A DNA stretch of 64,000 nucleotides from assembly GCA_031552825.1 (NCBI GenBank), contig JAVBMD010000012.1, forward strand, positions 2,317 to 66,316. Reading direction: 5' to 3'. The translations under genes and the position numbers were made by a program. Of this stretch, positions 1 to 9,555 are shown one piece after another. Under the pieces are notes generated by a model. The model saw only the letters and a program-made list of their open reading frames with translations, did no database searches and was not told where the DNA came from. This DNA is from Eubacteriales bacterium. Lineage in GTDB: Bacteria; Bacillota; Clostridia; Christensenellales; Aristaeellaceae. How positions within the stretch are numbered: the first letter of the stretch is position 1; every line of letters starts with the position of its first letter.

Positions 1-387
1 GCCGACGCGGATGTCGGTCACCGGGCGCGAATAGTGCTTGGCGTACAGCTGCTTCTTTTCATCGGGCACGTCGGCGGTTTCATAGGCGTTGTCGCCCGCG
101 CGCACGCCGATATAAGCCTGCATCTCCTGCATGCGCGCCAGTTCATAAGCCGCCATGCTCTTGAGTTGCTCCTCGGTGCAGTGCAGCATCAGCGCGCGCT
201 GGATCGTCGGCTCGGTGAGCTGCACGAAGGGCAAGCCGCCCGCCGCCACCACCTGCTCCATCAGCTCCGCGCCGAACTCGCGCAGTCCGCCGCCCACCAG
301 CTCGATGAGCACGCGCTCGCCGGGCTTCACCGCGCAGGAATAGTTCACCAAGTTACGTGCCAGCTGTACCATTCTCGGATCCTTCAT
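1..387 (-). CDS. M29-family aminopeptidase (AmpS/PepS-like), N-terminal part only; gene runs off the left edge
   Basis: Own minus-strand translation from ATG 385-387 (GGAGG 6 nt upstream) gives MKDPRMVQLARNLVNYSCAVKPGERVLIELVGGG..., a typical M29 aminopeptidase N-terminus. It has no in-window stop, so it is absent from the ORF track. Confidence 0.7.
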   Translation of the reverse strand, partial: MKDPRMVQLARNLVNYSCAVKPGERVLIELVGGGLREFGAELMEQVVAAGGLPFVQLTEPTIQRALMLHCTEEQLKSMAAYELARMQEMQAYIGVRAGDNAYETADVPDEKKQLYAKHYSRPVTDIRVG

Positions 388-1660
388 TGGGCGCCTCCAT
401 TCGTTCGGGTTGTTTTGATTTTGAGGATTGCCTTGATTGCTTGGATTGTTTGCGCTTTTTATATGCCTTCCAGCCCGCCTTGGCAATGGGCTGCTCAAAG
501 CCGTAGGTCAATATCAGCGACAGGATCAGCGGAAAACCGAACGCGCAGAGCGTGAACAGCCATTGCCATGGTTGCTCCCCGTCGACATGCGGCTCCAGCG
601 AGCGCGAGGGCGGGAAGCGCCAATCGTTATGCATCTTCGCGGCGAGAAACTGGTGCCAAATGTAGTATTGGAAGGAGATGGCCGACAGTATCCGCATCAC
701 TTTATTGGAGAGCAAATAGCGCAGCCCGGCGCTGGCGTGCGCCGCCGCAAGGATGAACATGCAGCAATATGCGCTGAACATGAACCGGTGCTGCGCCTGA
801 TAGACGCGGATCATTTCGTGCGTGGAGGCTGAAGCCTGCCGCAGGATCACCTGCCAGATAGCGGCCAGCAGCACCAGCGCAAGCGCGGTACCGGCCAACC
901 TTGTCCATCTGTTATGCTTCACTGCGCGCGCTAGGTGCACGTAAAAGATTGCGGACAACATGCCGTTTGCGTATACGTCTAGGAACGCTGGAAGCTGGTT
1001 GACCCAGAGCGTGGTATCGGGCTGTTTGAGCACGATCAGGTGCCGGAACGCCAGCCCGGCAGCCACCATCACGACCCATGTGAGCAGCGGTTTCTTTGTA
1101 AACAGCCTAGCGATCAGCGGGAAGATCAGATAAAACTGCACCTCGATGGCCAACGTCCACAGCACAACGTTGAGCTCGGTTCCGACGTAGGTATGGCCAT
1201 TGAATACGTGGGTAAAGGTCAGGTGTGTAATCAGATCCAGCCGCAGCCATTTGTCCATCCGCCAGCCGTGCGCGGGCAGCGCGAAGCAGAACAGCAGCAC
1301 GGCGATGCACAGCCAGTACGAGGGCAGGATGCGCAGTGCACGCTTTACGTAGAACTCGCGCGCGCGGGGCATCGCCTCGCCCTCGATCATATGGCGCGCG
1401 TAGGGCAAAAACAGCAGAAAGCCGCTCATCAGCAGCATCAAATCCACCATGATATAGCCGGAACGCACCATCGGCTCGGCGTTCAGATAGGCTTTGTGCG
1501 CCGCCGCATCGTAGATAAAGGGCCGCAACCACGATTGCTGCCAGATATGGAACCATGCCACGATGAAAATCGCCAGCACGCGCACGCCGTCGAGGATGTC
1601 CACATGCCGCGTGCTGATCTCTCGCTCCGCGCAGGCTTTGTAGCCAGGTAAGCCTCTCAT
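353..1660 (-). CDS. Acyltransferase family 3 membrane O-acyltransferase
   Basis: 435-aa polytopic membrane ORF. The N-terminal VLAIFIVAWFHIWQQSW and overall TM pattern are typical of acyltransferase_3 (OatA-like). ATGA overlap with the upstream gene. Confidence 0.7.
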   Translation of the reverse strand: MRGLPGYKACAEREISTRHVDILDGVRVLAIFIVAWFHIWQQSWLRPFIYDAAAHKAYLNAEPMVRSGYIMVDLMLLMSGFLLFLPYARHMIEGEAMPRAREFYVKRALRILPSYWLCIAVLLFCFALPAHGWRMDKWLRLDLITHLTFTHVFNGHTYVGTELNVVLWTLAIEVQFYLIFPLIARLFTKKPLLTWVVMVAAGLAFRHLIVLKQPDTTLWVNQLPAFLDVYANGMLSAIFYVHLARAVKHNRWTRLAGTALALVLLAAIWQVILRQASASTHEMIRVYQAQHRFMFSAYCCMFILAAAHASAGLRYLLSNKVMRILSAISFQYYIWHQFLAAKMHNDWRFPPSRSLEPHVDGEQPWQWLFTLCAFGFPLILSLILTYGFEQPIAKAGWKAYKKRKQSKQSRQSSKSKQPERMEAPNEGSENGTAGT

Positions 1661-2226
1661 TTTGAATCTTTCTCCTTTGAATCCTGCTCGCTCGCTTTCG
1701 CCGCGCCGGGCAACACCTTAAGGTAACGCAGCACGCCGGTGGCCGCGACGCCGGTGGCGATGCCGGTGGCCGCGCCTACCGCCAGCAACACCGGCGCGTA
1801 GCTGACGAGCAAGGCGCTGCGCAACACCGCCATGGCCAGCGAAAGCTGCCCCACGTTATGAAACACGCCGCCCACCACGCTGACCCCCACCGGGCTGAAC
1901 CAGCCCAAACGCTTGGCCAGCGCCATCATGCCCAAGCTGAGCATGCCGCCCGCAAGGCTGTAGGCCATCGTAGAAAGGTTGGCGAACACGAAGCCCATCA
2001 TCAGCACGCGCAGCAGCGCCACAACAAATGCCTGACGGAGCCCCATCGCATACAGCGCGATCAGCACCACCACATTGGCCAGCCCCAGCTTGATGCCCGG
2101 CACCACGATGGGAATCGGCGGCAGCATCCGCTCGATCCAACTGAGCACGAAGGCCATCGCGGTCATCATCGCCATCAGCGCCACGGTCTGCGCCGCGCCG
2201 CGTCTTCCCTGCCCTCGTCCGCTCAT
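1657..2226 (-). CDS. Gx transporter family protein (heptaprenyl diphosphate synthase component I-like)
   Basis: 189 aa, multi-TM. PGIKLGLANVVVL and GGVFHNVGQL segments are characteristic of this family. Confidence 0.65.
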   Translation of the reverse strand: MSGRGQGRRGAAQTVALMAMMTAMAFVLSWIERMLPPIPIVVPGIKLGLANVVVLIALYAMGLRQAFVVALLRVLMMGFVFANLSTMAYSLAGGMLSLGMMALAKRLGWFSPVGVSVVGGVFHNVGQLSLAMAVLRSALLVSYAPVLLAVGAATGIATGVAATGVLRYLKVLPGAAKASEQDSKEKDSK

Positions 2227-2621
2227 TGTACCACCATATCCACTTCATCCGGCGCTTCCTGCGCCGGGCGCTCCCATCGCACGATCAACCGATGCGGCAA
2301 GCACACGATGGCGCCGGCGCCCGGCGGCACCGTACCCTTGCGCATGCACCAATGATCCGGGCAGTTGGCCTGCACCATGCGCACGCCCTGCGCGGTAATC
2401 TCGATGCGGTTCCGCTCGCCGCCGTTCAGCGGCAGCTCGTGTTCCCCGATGGCCTCGGCGGGCAAGCTCAGCACCTCCGCGCCATCGACCAGCACCTGCA
2501 CCCGCGCGCCCACGTCCGAAGCACCGAAAAATGGCGCCGCCGTCCAACGCGCGACACCATAGATCCCTGCCGCCACCAGCGCGATCACCAGCAGCAGCAA
2601 CGCTTCGTTTCGTTTAAACAT
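2223..2621 (-). CDS. NusG domain II-containing protein
   Basis: 132 aa with an N-terminal TM helix then a beta-rich domain carrying CPDHWC and CLPHRL. It is 4-nt overlapped with the Gx transporter gene, a common pairing. Confidence 0.6.
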   Translation of the reverse strand: MFKRNEALLLLVIALVAAGIYGVARWTAAPFFGASDVGARVQVLVDGAEVLSLPAEAIGEHELPLNGGERNRIEITAQGVRMVQANCPDHWCMRKGTVPPGAGAIVCLPHRLIVRWERPAQEAPDEVDMVVQ

Positions 2622-2636
2622 GGGCGGAATCCCTCT

Positions 2637-5390
2637 CTATTGCCCCGGTGCGGGCGTGCTTGCCGGGGTCACGGCGACGACTGGCAAATCGGGCGAGGCG
2701 ACGCGGGAATATTTGACGGTGGTCGCGTCGCTCTCGCGCTGCAGCGTCAGCTTCTTTTCGTCGAGCAGCACGATAGCGTGGGTGCGCTTCTGTGGCATCG
2801 GCGAATCGCCGACCATCACACCGTAGCCGTCGACGTTGAAATACTTCTCCTGCCCGTCGATGGCGCAGGTGCCATTGGCTCGGAACTCGGCCACCGAGCC
2901 GTCGGCCGACGCCCAAGTGCCTAAGATCATGAAAATATGATCCTTGAGCAGCGTGCGCGCCTCCTTCTGCCCCGACACACGCTGAAGATACGGGTAGGCG
3001 GGCAGGCTGTTGCCCGAGGCGATCAGCTGCTTCGCGTATTCAAGGTTGGCTTTGTAATAGGCCTCCTCCAGCCCGGCATACTGCTCGGGCAAGTCGGCGA
3101 AAGTGACACCTTGCTCGATGGCGTTCATCACCTGCGCGTAGTTGCCCGCGCCCATGGCCGCGTCGACGGTGCGCTGAATATCTGCCAGCCAAGTATCGTA
3201 TGCCCTGCTGCTGCGCTCGCCGGAATCACCGTAGCTGCCCAGCGCCGCGAAGGTCTTGCCTGCCAGCGCGTACTGCCCTGCGGCCTCGTAGCGCTCGGCA
3301 AGCGTGTAGCGGGTAGCGTTGGCTTGCGTCATCGCGTCTTGAAACTTGCCCAGCGAGGCGAATAACGCCGCGGACTCCTCCAACTGGTTGTTCAGGCGAA
3401 TCTGCTCGGCACGCTTATAGGTACACAGGTTGGCTTGCGTAGGCGCGTCGCTGTGCTCACCCAACGCGGCGAAGGCTTCGCTCGCGGCCGCCCACTCGCC
3501 CTTGTCCATCAGCGCCTTGGCCAGCGCGTAGCCGCAATCCTTGGCACGGGCGGCGGCGTCGGAATGCTCGCCCAGCGCGGCAAACAGCGCCTGCGCCTGG
3601 GCGTAGTTGCCTGCCTCCTGCTCGCGCACCGCGGCCTGATAGCGCGCGTCCAGCGTGCGCGTTGCCGCGTCGTCATAATCGCCCAAGGCCGCGAAAGCCT
3701 CGGCGGCTTCGTCCTGCTTGCCGCCCTCCAGCAGTTGCTGGGCAATCTGGTAGGCGGCCTTCTGCGCCTGCGCATCGGCATCCTTGTAGCCAGTGATGGT
3801 TTTGAACAGATCCGCCGCTTGCTGGTACTCACCTTTTTCAAAATGAGCGGCGGCGGGCAGGTACACGCACTCCTTGGCCAGCTCAGCGGAATCCAGATAG
3901 CCGGGGATTGCTGCGAACAGCTCGGCGGCCTCAGCGTAGGCGGCGGCTTCCATGCGCGCCTTGGCCGGGAGGTACACGCATTCCTTGCCCTGATCGGCGG
4001 AATCGAGGTACGCGCCCAGCTTGTCAAACTGCTTCTTGGCTTCCTCATACTTGGCCTCTGCCTTGAGCTCCAGCGCGTATTGGTAAACGCAATCGCGCGC
4101 GCGATCCACCGCATCCAGATACTCCGGAATGGAGGTGTACAGCGAAGCCGCCTTGAGGTAGGACTTGGCCTCCAGCGCCTTGCCAGCCTGCCGGTACACG
4201 CAGTCGACGGCACGGGTGGCGGCGTCGCGGTAAGCGCCCAGCGCGCCAAAGCGCTTGGCGGCGGCCTCGTACTCGCCCTGATTCATTTGGATGCTTGCGA
4301 TCTGGTACGCGCAGTCCTGCAGCAGCTCCGGCGCGTTTTCATATTCGCCAACCTTGGTCAGCAACGATTCGGCGCGCTCGTATTCCCCGGCGTCCATCGC
4401 CTTTTCCGCCTCGGCGAGGCGCGCCTTTTGCGCCTCCACCCGCGCCTGCGGGTAGCTCGTCATGGCGTCCAGCTGCCGCAAGCCTTCCTCGTATTCGACG
4501 ACCTGCTCGCTGGCCACCAGCTCCATCGCGATGCCAAATTCGGTATCGCGCACGCGCTGATCCGCCCCGCGGTAGGTTCCCAGCGAGAGAAACACATCCT
4601 TTGCCCGGCGCGCGCTGCCGCTGGCCAACAGCGACTCAGCTTGGCGAAAGCGCAGCTCCGGCACGCCGTACACGATGAACAGATACGCCGCCACCGCCAG
4701 CACCGCCGTAGCGATCGCTGCGGCGACGCGGTTCCGGCGCTTTTTGCGCTTCTTTGCCTGCTCGGCCTTGCGCGCATCCTCCTCGCGGGTTGCCTCCTCG
4801 CGCGCCCGCTTAGCGGCCTCCTGCTGCTGGCGATCGCGCTCCTCAATCCACGTTTGCACCGCAACCGGCGTCAGCTGCGCGAACATCTGCTGCCGGTCGC
4901 GCTCGCAGCGGCGGCACACCAACTCGGCGGGCAGGTTGGCGCGTCCGCAAACGCAGACCCACACCTCGCCCTGATCCGCCGGAAAGCCCACCGCGTCCTT
5001 GCCCGCCAGCGCGCGCAAATGATCCAGCACCCGCCCGGCGGGCAGCGTATTGGACTGATATTCCTGCAACGGCGTCGGCGTTCTGCGCCACACCGTCGCA
5101 TCGTCAAACCAGATTTTCTCGATGGTGGTCTCGATGCTGCACACCCAATCGGCGTCCTCTAGGGCGATGTTGGCCTCGAACAGCTCCCTGCTCTCGCCCG
5201 CCAAGCCCAGCGCGCGCTCCACCCGCCGCGTTACCGGGTTGCCCTCGGCATCGAAAAGCAGCATGGACACCTGCACGCTACGCACGATCTTCTCAGCCAA
5301 ATTAAAGAGCACCAGCGAGCAATACGGTTGCTCGGGCGTCGGCAGCTCGTAGTTATAAACCTCCACCGGGCAGAAAAGATCCACTTTCAT
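2637..5390 (-). CDS. Zinc-ribbon / single-TM / TPR-like tandem-repeat protein, function unknown
   Basis: Start moved to ATG 5390 (GGAGGTG 6 nt upstream). Contains a CxC..CxxC motif (VCVCGRANLPAELVCRRCE), a KR-rich linker, a TM helix (AAAIATAVLAVAAYLFIVYGV), about 11 tandem 36-38-aa repeats and a C-terminal beta-rich domain. Confidence 0.6.
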   Translation of the reverse strand: MKVDLFCPVEVYNYELPTPEQPYCSLVLFNLAEKIVRSVQVSMLLFDAEGNPVTRRVERALGLAGESRELFEANIALEDADWVCSIETTIEKIWFDDATVWRRTPTPLQEYQSNTLPAGRVLDHLRALAGKDAVGFPADQGEVWVCVCGRANLPAELVCRRCERDRQQMFAQLTPVAVQTWIEERDRQQQEAAKRAREEATREEDARKAEQAKKRKKRRNRVAAAIATAVLAVAAYLFIVYGVPELRFRQAESLLASGSARRAKDVFLSLGTYRGADQRVRDTEFGIAMELVASEQVVEYEEGLRQLDAMTSYPQARVEAQKARLAEAEKAMDAGEYERAESLLTKVGEYENAPELLQDCAYQIASIQMNQGEYEAAAKRFGALGAYRDAATRAVDCVYRQAGKALEAKSYLKAASLYTSIPEYLDAVDRARDCVYQYALELKAEAKYEEAKKQFDKLGAYLDSADQGKECVYLPAKARMEAAAYAEAAELFAAIPGYLDSAELAKECVYLPAAAHFEKGEYQQAADLFKTITGYKDADAQAQKAAYQIAQQLLEGGKQDEAAEAFAALGDYDDAATRTLDARYQAAVREQEAGNYAQAQALFAALGEHSDAAARAKDCGYALAKALMDKGEWAAASEAFAALGEHSDAPTQANLCTYKRAEQIRLNNQLEESAALFASLGKFQDAMTQANATRYTLAERYEAAGQYALAGKTFAALGSYGDSGERSSRAYDTWLADIQRTVDAAMGAGNYAQVMNAIEQGVTFADLPEQYAGLEEAYYKANLEYAKQLIASGNSLPAYPYLQRVSGQKEARTLLKDHIFMILGTWASADGSVAEFRANGTCAIDGQEKYFNVDGYGVMVGDSPMPQKRTHAIVLLDEKKLTLQRESDATTVKYSRVASPDLPVVAVTPASTPAPGQ

Positions 5391-5467
5391 CGCATCCACC
5401 TCCGGCATACTTGCCTGCGATTGCGGTATGCCCGCACTGCTACACCTATATATTGTGTATCAGATAA

Positions 5468-5496
5468 ATAATAGTAAGAAAGGCGGACTTTGTCAA
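5468..5496 (-). promoter_or_regulatory. Putative sigma-A promoter for the repeat-protein gene
   Basis: The minus strand reads TTGACA, a 17-nt spacer, then TATTAT, about 75 nt upstream of ATG 5390. Confidence 0.5.
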
Positions 5497-5515
5497 CCTC
5501 TAGGTAACGAAGAGA

Positions 5516-5550
5516 AAGCTGTTTCCCCCGCGCTGCGGGAGAAACAGCTT
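5516..5550 (-). terminator. Hairpin downstream of the beta-helix protein gene (copy A of a recurring hairpin family)
   Basis: AAGCTGTTTCCCCC / GCGCTGC / GGGAGAAACAGCTT. On the minus strand it is followed by TCTCTTCGTT. Confidence 0.5.
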
Positions 5551-5577
5551 GAAATGCACGCAAGAAATGCACACAAT

Positions 5578-7296
5578 TTATCTTTCCCTGCGGCAGTAGG
5601 GCCACATGACGCAGTACCCCATCAGCGTCATCAGCAGCAAAAAAAGCGCGAAGCACACGCGCCGCACAGTATCGCTTATGACCCACTGTGCGTACAACGT
5701 CGCATTATTGTTTAAAGTGATCGTGTCACCCGGGGCATAGGCATGCCCGCTGCCGTCCGGTTCGGTATTCCAGCCCGTAAAGGTGAAGCCAACGCGCCTG
5801 ATCCCTGTTTCCTGCTGGGGCAGGATCGTATCCGTATAACTCGGCTTGATATCCAGCCCGGTATGGTACCCCCTGCCGCCATTGCCCCTATAGGTTACAT
5901 GAAACCGGAGGACTTCCGTACCGGTAAGAAAGATATCGTAGTTGTTGAGAGGATGATCCGCGATGCTGGTGGTCGCGAACCGGATATGCGGATAAAGCGA
6001 CAGCGCGTCTTCCGGCGGCGTATAAGCCTCGGACGCAAGGTTGCCGCTGAAACGCGTCGCGTCGTCGGTGGTCAGGTTTAGATAATTCGCGATGTCCTTC
6101 GTGTAGATGCCGCCGCCGTCGTATTGGGCGACATTGGCGCGAATCACGCCGCCGGTCATTATGAGATCCGTTCCGTCGTTCAGGTAGATGCCCGCACCGT
6201 ATGCGGCTCGGTTGTCGTATACGGCGACTGGCCCAGAAATGGTCAGCGACGCTTCGTTTTGCAGATAGATGCCGCCGCCTAAGCTGTCGTCCGCCGTCGC
6301 CGTGTTGCCAAAGACAGAAGCTTCATCCGATAAATCGACGGTCGATGCGCTGGCAAAAATGCCGCCGCCCGCTCCCGCACGCGTTGTGTTGCCACTGATC
6401 TTCGCCTCGCCTGTCATCGACAGGGGCGAGTTGTTCAGCGCGACGCCGCCGCCCAAGGTCTCCGCAGTATTGTCGGAAATCGAGGCGCCAAACCCCATGT
6501 TCAGCTCGCTGTCCACCAAGTAAACGCCTCCGCCGTAATTGCTCGTGGAGGTGTTGCCGGAAATGCGCGGCGCGTCGCCGACGCTCAGCCCCATGTTGAT
6601 TACGCTGTTGTAACCGGCCAGCACGCCGGCGCCGGGCCTCGCTGCCGTGTTGTCGGAGATGGACGCGTTCCCGGTCATATTCAGGGTGGAACTGATGATG
6701 CCGATGCCGTACGCGCCGTTATCCGAGATCGACGCGGTGCCGCTCATATGGATCGTACAGTTATAGCCTATGACCACGGCATCCATACTTACGCCGGTGA
6801 TCAGCCCGCCAGTCATGTTGAACGTGCCGCCCATACCGGCGTCGGTCGAGTCGCCAATGGTAACCGCCCGGTTGGAACCGTTGCTCAGCTGATTTCTCAG
6901 CACGGCACCGTCCTGCATCGTGAACGTCGCGCCTTCTACCTTGACCATCTTTACATATTTCCCGTCGCCGTCGAGCGCGATGTCGGCGAGGGTGAAGTTC
7001 GCATCGTTGTCCACGATAAACACCGTTCGGTTGGCGGGTCCGCCCCAGCGCAGAGCCGCGCTTGCCGACGACCGGATCGTCAGATCGCGCGATATCCGAT
7101 ACCCGCGTGTCAAAGAGATGTCGTTGGCGACGACAATCAGCGTTTCAGCTGAATTGATCGCGTTGATGAAGCCCGGTTCGTCCGTGACAATGGTTTCAGC
7201 CGACGCGTCCAGATCGCCGCACGTCAGGCAGAGAGCAAATATGAGCAAAACCAATAGGACAAAAGCCCATTGGTAGAGCCTGTAACTTTTTAGCAT
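5578..7296 (-). CDS. Secreted, membrane-anchored beta-helix protein with Pmp-like GGxI/GGGIY repeats and a Listeria-Bacteroides (Flg_new) repeat
   Basis: Start at ATG 7296 (AGGAGG upstream) with a signal/TM segment. Repeated GGGVY, GGGIF and GGGIY plus NxxxxGG units. C-terminal FTFTGWNTEPDGSGHAYAPGDTITLNNNATLYAQW followed by a hydrophobic anchor. Confidence 0.6.
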   Translation of the reverse strand: MLKSYRLYQWAFVLLVLLIFALCLTCGDLDASAETIVTDEPGFINAINSAETLIVVANDISLTRGYRISRDLTIRSSASAALRWGGPANRTVFIVDNDANFTLADIALDGDGKYVKMVKVEGATFTMQDGAVLRNQLSNGSNRAVTIGDSTDAGMGGTFNMTGGLITGVSMDAVVIGYNCTIHMSGTASISDNGAYGIGIISSTLNMTGNASISDNTAARPGAGVLAGYNSVINMGLSVGDAPRISGNTSTSNYGGGVYLVDSELNMGFGASISDNTAETLGGGVALNNSPLSMTGEAKISGNTTRAGAGGGIFASASTVDLSDEASVFGNTATADDSLGGGIYLQNEASLTISGPVAVYDNRAAYGAGIYLNDGTDLIMTGGVIRANVAQYDGGGIYTKDIANYLNLTTDDATRFSGNLASEAYTPPEDALSLYPHIRFATTSIADHPLNNYDIFLTGTEVLRFHVTYRGNGGRGYHTGLDIKPSYTDTILPQQETGIRRVGFTFTGWNTEPDGSGHAYAPGDTITLNNNATLYAQWVISDTVRRVCFALFLLLMTLMGYCVMWPYCRRER

Positions 7297-7402
7297 AGTA
7301 GCCTCCTGTTTTATTGGGATCCCAGTGCATACTATGCTCATTCAATTTTGGGCGTGTTTCGCGCCCTCACACCCTCGGCGGCAGATGAGATCGCTGATTT
7401 GC

Positions 7403-9475
7403 CTACTTGACGCGGTAGGTCTCGATGAAAGCCTTCTGCTGGCTGGATAGCTTGACGCGAATTGGCTCGCCCAAGGCGGGCTGCGGGATCGTCGCGCTGA
7501 TCCATTCCAGCGTGTCCCCTATCGGAAAGCTTTGGGCAAACTCTCCGCAGGAAAGGGTGAGCGTCGCCGTTCCCTTCTCCGCCCGCGCATGAAGCCGCAG
7601 CACGATGCTTGTTTGCTTGGTCAGCGTTTCGTCGAACACGGAGACCATGCTGTCACCAAGCATCAGGCTGCTTTTGCTCACCCAGCGCTTGTCCAGCCCG
7701 CTCATGGCACTGTGCACCCAAGACTTGCCCGGCACAGGGGTCACGATGGCATACCGCGCGTTTTTTGTATACGCGACGCCCACACCCTGGGCGAGCGTAA
7801 CGTTGTTCAACAGCTCGGCATCCATGATCAGCCACTTGGCGTCCGGCGTCGGGTTCTGGCGATAGGTTTTCCAATGCTTTTGGGGCGTGAACGGCAGATA
7901 GACGCCGCTCTTGGCGGTATTGCCCATCAGGTCGGCCAATTCAACGGCCCGCAGCGCCGTCCGGCTGTGAACATCCAGCGCTGTCGCCGTGGTCGAGAAA
8001 TAGTTGAGGTCCTGCGCGATGTAGAGCATGTCCCGCGCTTCGATTCGCCGATTAATCTCCATGGCGTCAGCCGCGATCAGCGGATCATTTCGCTGCCGCA
8101 TCCGCTCGTATCCCGCCATGTTGGTGACCACGAAGAACAGCGCAAGCGCCGCCGCCGCGCTCCGTCGCACGCGGCTCGTCCACCCGTATCGGTACAAAAA
8201 CAGGCCGCCGACCAGAATCCAGGCGGCGAAAAGGAACTGAAAAAGCACCTTTGGCTGCGTCCAATCGAGCTGAATGAGAATCGCGGACAGCGACAGCGCG
8301 TCGATGGGGTTGGTCGTCCGGCTCGCATTCGCGCCCATGGTAAATACCGCGATCGCAGCCAGCATCATCCCCAGCAGGATGGCCAAGGGCATGCTCAGCC
8401 GCTTGTCGCGCAGCTGCGGCGCGAAGGCAAACGGCAGCAATGCCGGAAAGAACGGCGCCACATAGCGCAGGTGTATGCGCGCCGAGAAGGGTTGGCCGGT
8501 ATACTCGTACAGATAGACCACGTAACACACGCCGATTACGATAAACACCGTGCTGGCTGCAAGGATCAGCAGGAGTGCTCGGCCGGGCTTATCGAAGCCC
8601 TTGAAGTAGGCCAGTGGCATGAGCACAGGAAATATCAGCAGGGCGATGGGAATGAACATCGCGTACAGCAGCATGCCGTTCAAGCTTTTCAGCACCGTCG
8701 CCACCGAAAAGACCGGTTCCTGCACCTTATAGATTGACGGAAGGCTATAGTCCAAGCCCAGCGAGCTGGTCAGCAACGCCCGACTGACGATGAACATCGC
8801 TAGAAAGGTGAGCCCCGCCACGATCGCCACGCGCAGCTTGCGCCTGTCCCTTTGGGCGGCTGCTTGCCCCAGCAATAGCAGCATGAACGCGACGAAAACC
8901 GCGATCAACCCAACCTTGCAGAAATACAGCAGGAAGCAACCGGCCGCGACGAGCACGGCGTCCCTTTCCTTTTCGCTGGCAAAGACGCGATGCATCCCCA
9001 AAAACGTCCACAGAAGCAGGGGTGTGCTCAGGCTTTCGATCATCATCACTTCGGTCATGATGCCATCCGGCACCAAGGCGACGAGGCAGCAGACCAGCAA
9101 GGCGGTTTTTTCGTTGCGGGTAATGCGCTTCGCCAGCAAAAACGCCGGAAACAAGGCGCTCGCCATCATCAGCACATTCACCAGTTGGACTGCGCGGTAA
9201 AGGTTTACGCTGCTGGGCAGCGCAAAGAGCGGCGATAGCACCAACGGATACAGCAGGTTGGCATAAAAAATCGGATGATTGCGATGCACCAGCCCGCCAC
9301 CGTTCCAAATGCTGCGGGACAGGTTCAAGTAGAGCGACTCATCCGGCATCAGGATCGGGTTAGCGGTAAACGCCAAGGCCGCGCTAAACCGAACGGCGGC
9401 AACCGCCGCATACAGAAGCAACAACCATAGCCAAGCTTTTTTTACACGCGCGGTGTTTCCCATAAAATTCCTCAT
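7403..9475 (-). CDS. GT-C fold membrane glycosyltransferase (family 39 / PMT-ArnT-like)
   Basis: 690 aa with more than 10 TM helices. The first extracytoplasmic loop has the DE motif (MPDESLYLNLSRS), and there is a C-terminal soluble domain of about 230 aa. Confidence 0.5.
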   Translation of the reverse strand: MRNFMGNTARVKKAWLWLLLLYAAVAAVRFSAALAFTANPILMPDESLYLNLSRSIWNGGGLVHRNHPIFYANLLYPLVLSPLFALPSSVNLYRAVQLVNVLMMASALFPAFLLAKRITRNEKTALLVCCLVALVPDGIMTEVMMIESLSTPLLLWTFLGMHRVFASEKERDAVLVAAGCFLLYFCKVGLIAVFVAFMLLLLGQAAAQRDRRKLRVAIVAGLTFLAMFIVSRALLTSSLGLDYSLPSIYKVQEPVFSVATVLKSLNGMLLYAMFIPIALLIFPVLMPLAYFKGFDKPGRALLLILAASTVFIVIGVCYVVYLYEYTGQPFSARIHLRYVAPFFPALLPFAFAPQLRDKRLSMPLAILLGMMLAAIAVFTMGANASRTTNPIDALSLSAILIQLDWTQPKVLFQFLFAAWILVGGLFLYRYGWTSRVRRSAAAALALFFVVTNMAGYERMRQRNDPLIAADAMEINRRIEARDMLYIAQDLNYFSTTATALDVHSRTALRAVELADLMGNTAKSGVYLPFTPQKHWKTYRQNPTPDAKWLIMDAELLNNVTLAQGVGVAYTKNARYAIVTPVPGKSWVHSAMSGLDKRWVSKSSLMLGDSMVSVFDETLTKQTSIVLRLHARAEKGTATLTLSCGEFAQSFPIGDTLEWISATIPQPALGEPIRVKLSSQQKAFIETYRVK

Positions 9476-9488
9476 CTCCTACACAACT

Positions 9489-9521
9489 GAATTCCCGGGG
9501 GCGCATTTCCCCCGGGAATTC
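9489..9521 (-). terminator. GC-rich palindromic hairpin between the repeat-protein gene and the GT-C gene
   Basis: GAATTCCCGGGGG / CGCATTT / CCCCCGGGAATTC, a 13-bp perfect stem. Confidence 0.5.
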
Positions 9522-9555
9522 AGGCAACATAGGCTTAGCTTCTGGGGTATCCGTT

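Noticed and set aside
3435-5162. 575-aa plus-strand ORF antisense to the repeat-protein gene. Similar long antisense ORFs lie at 28914-30371, 31631-32554, 55442-57028, 61298-62434, 41371-42702, 43853-44911 and elsewhere.
   Set aside because: These are Arg/Ala/Gly/Leu/His-rich low-complexity translations with no RBS. Each fully overlaps a gene with clear family motifs on the other strand. They are typical stop-poor shadow frames of high-GC DNA.
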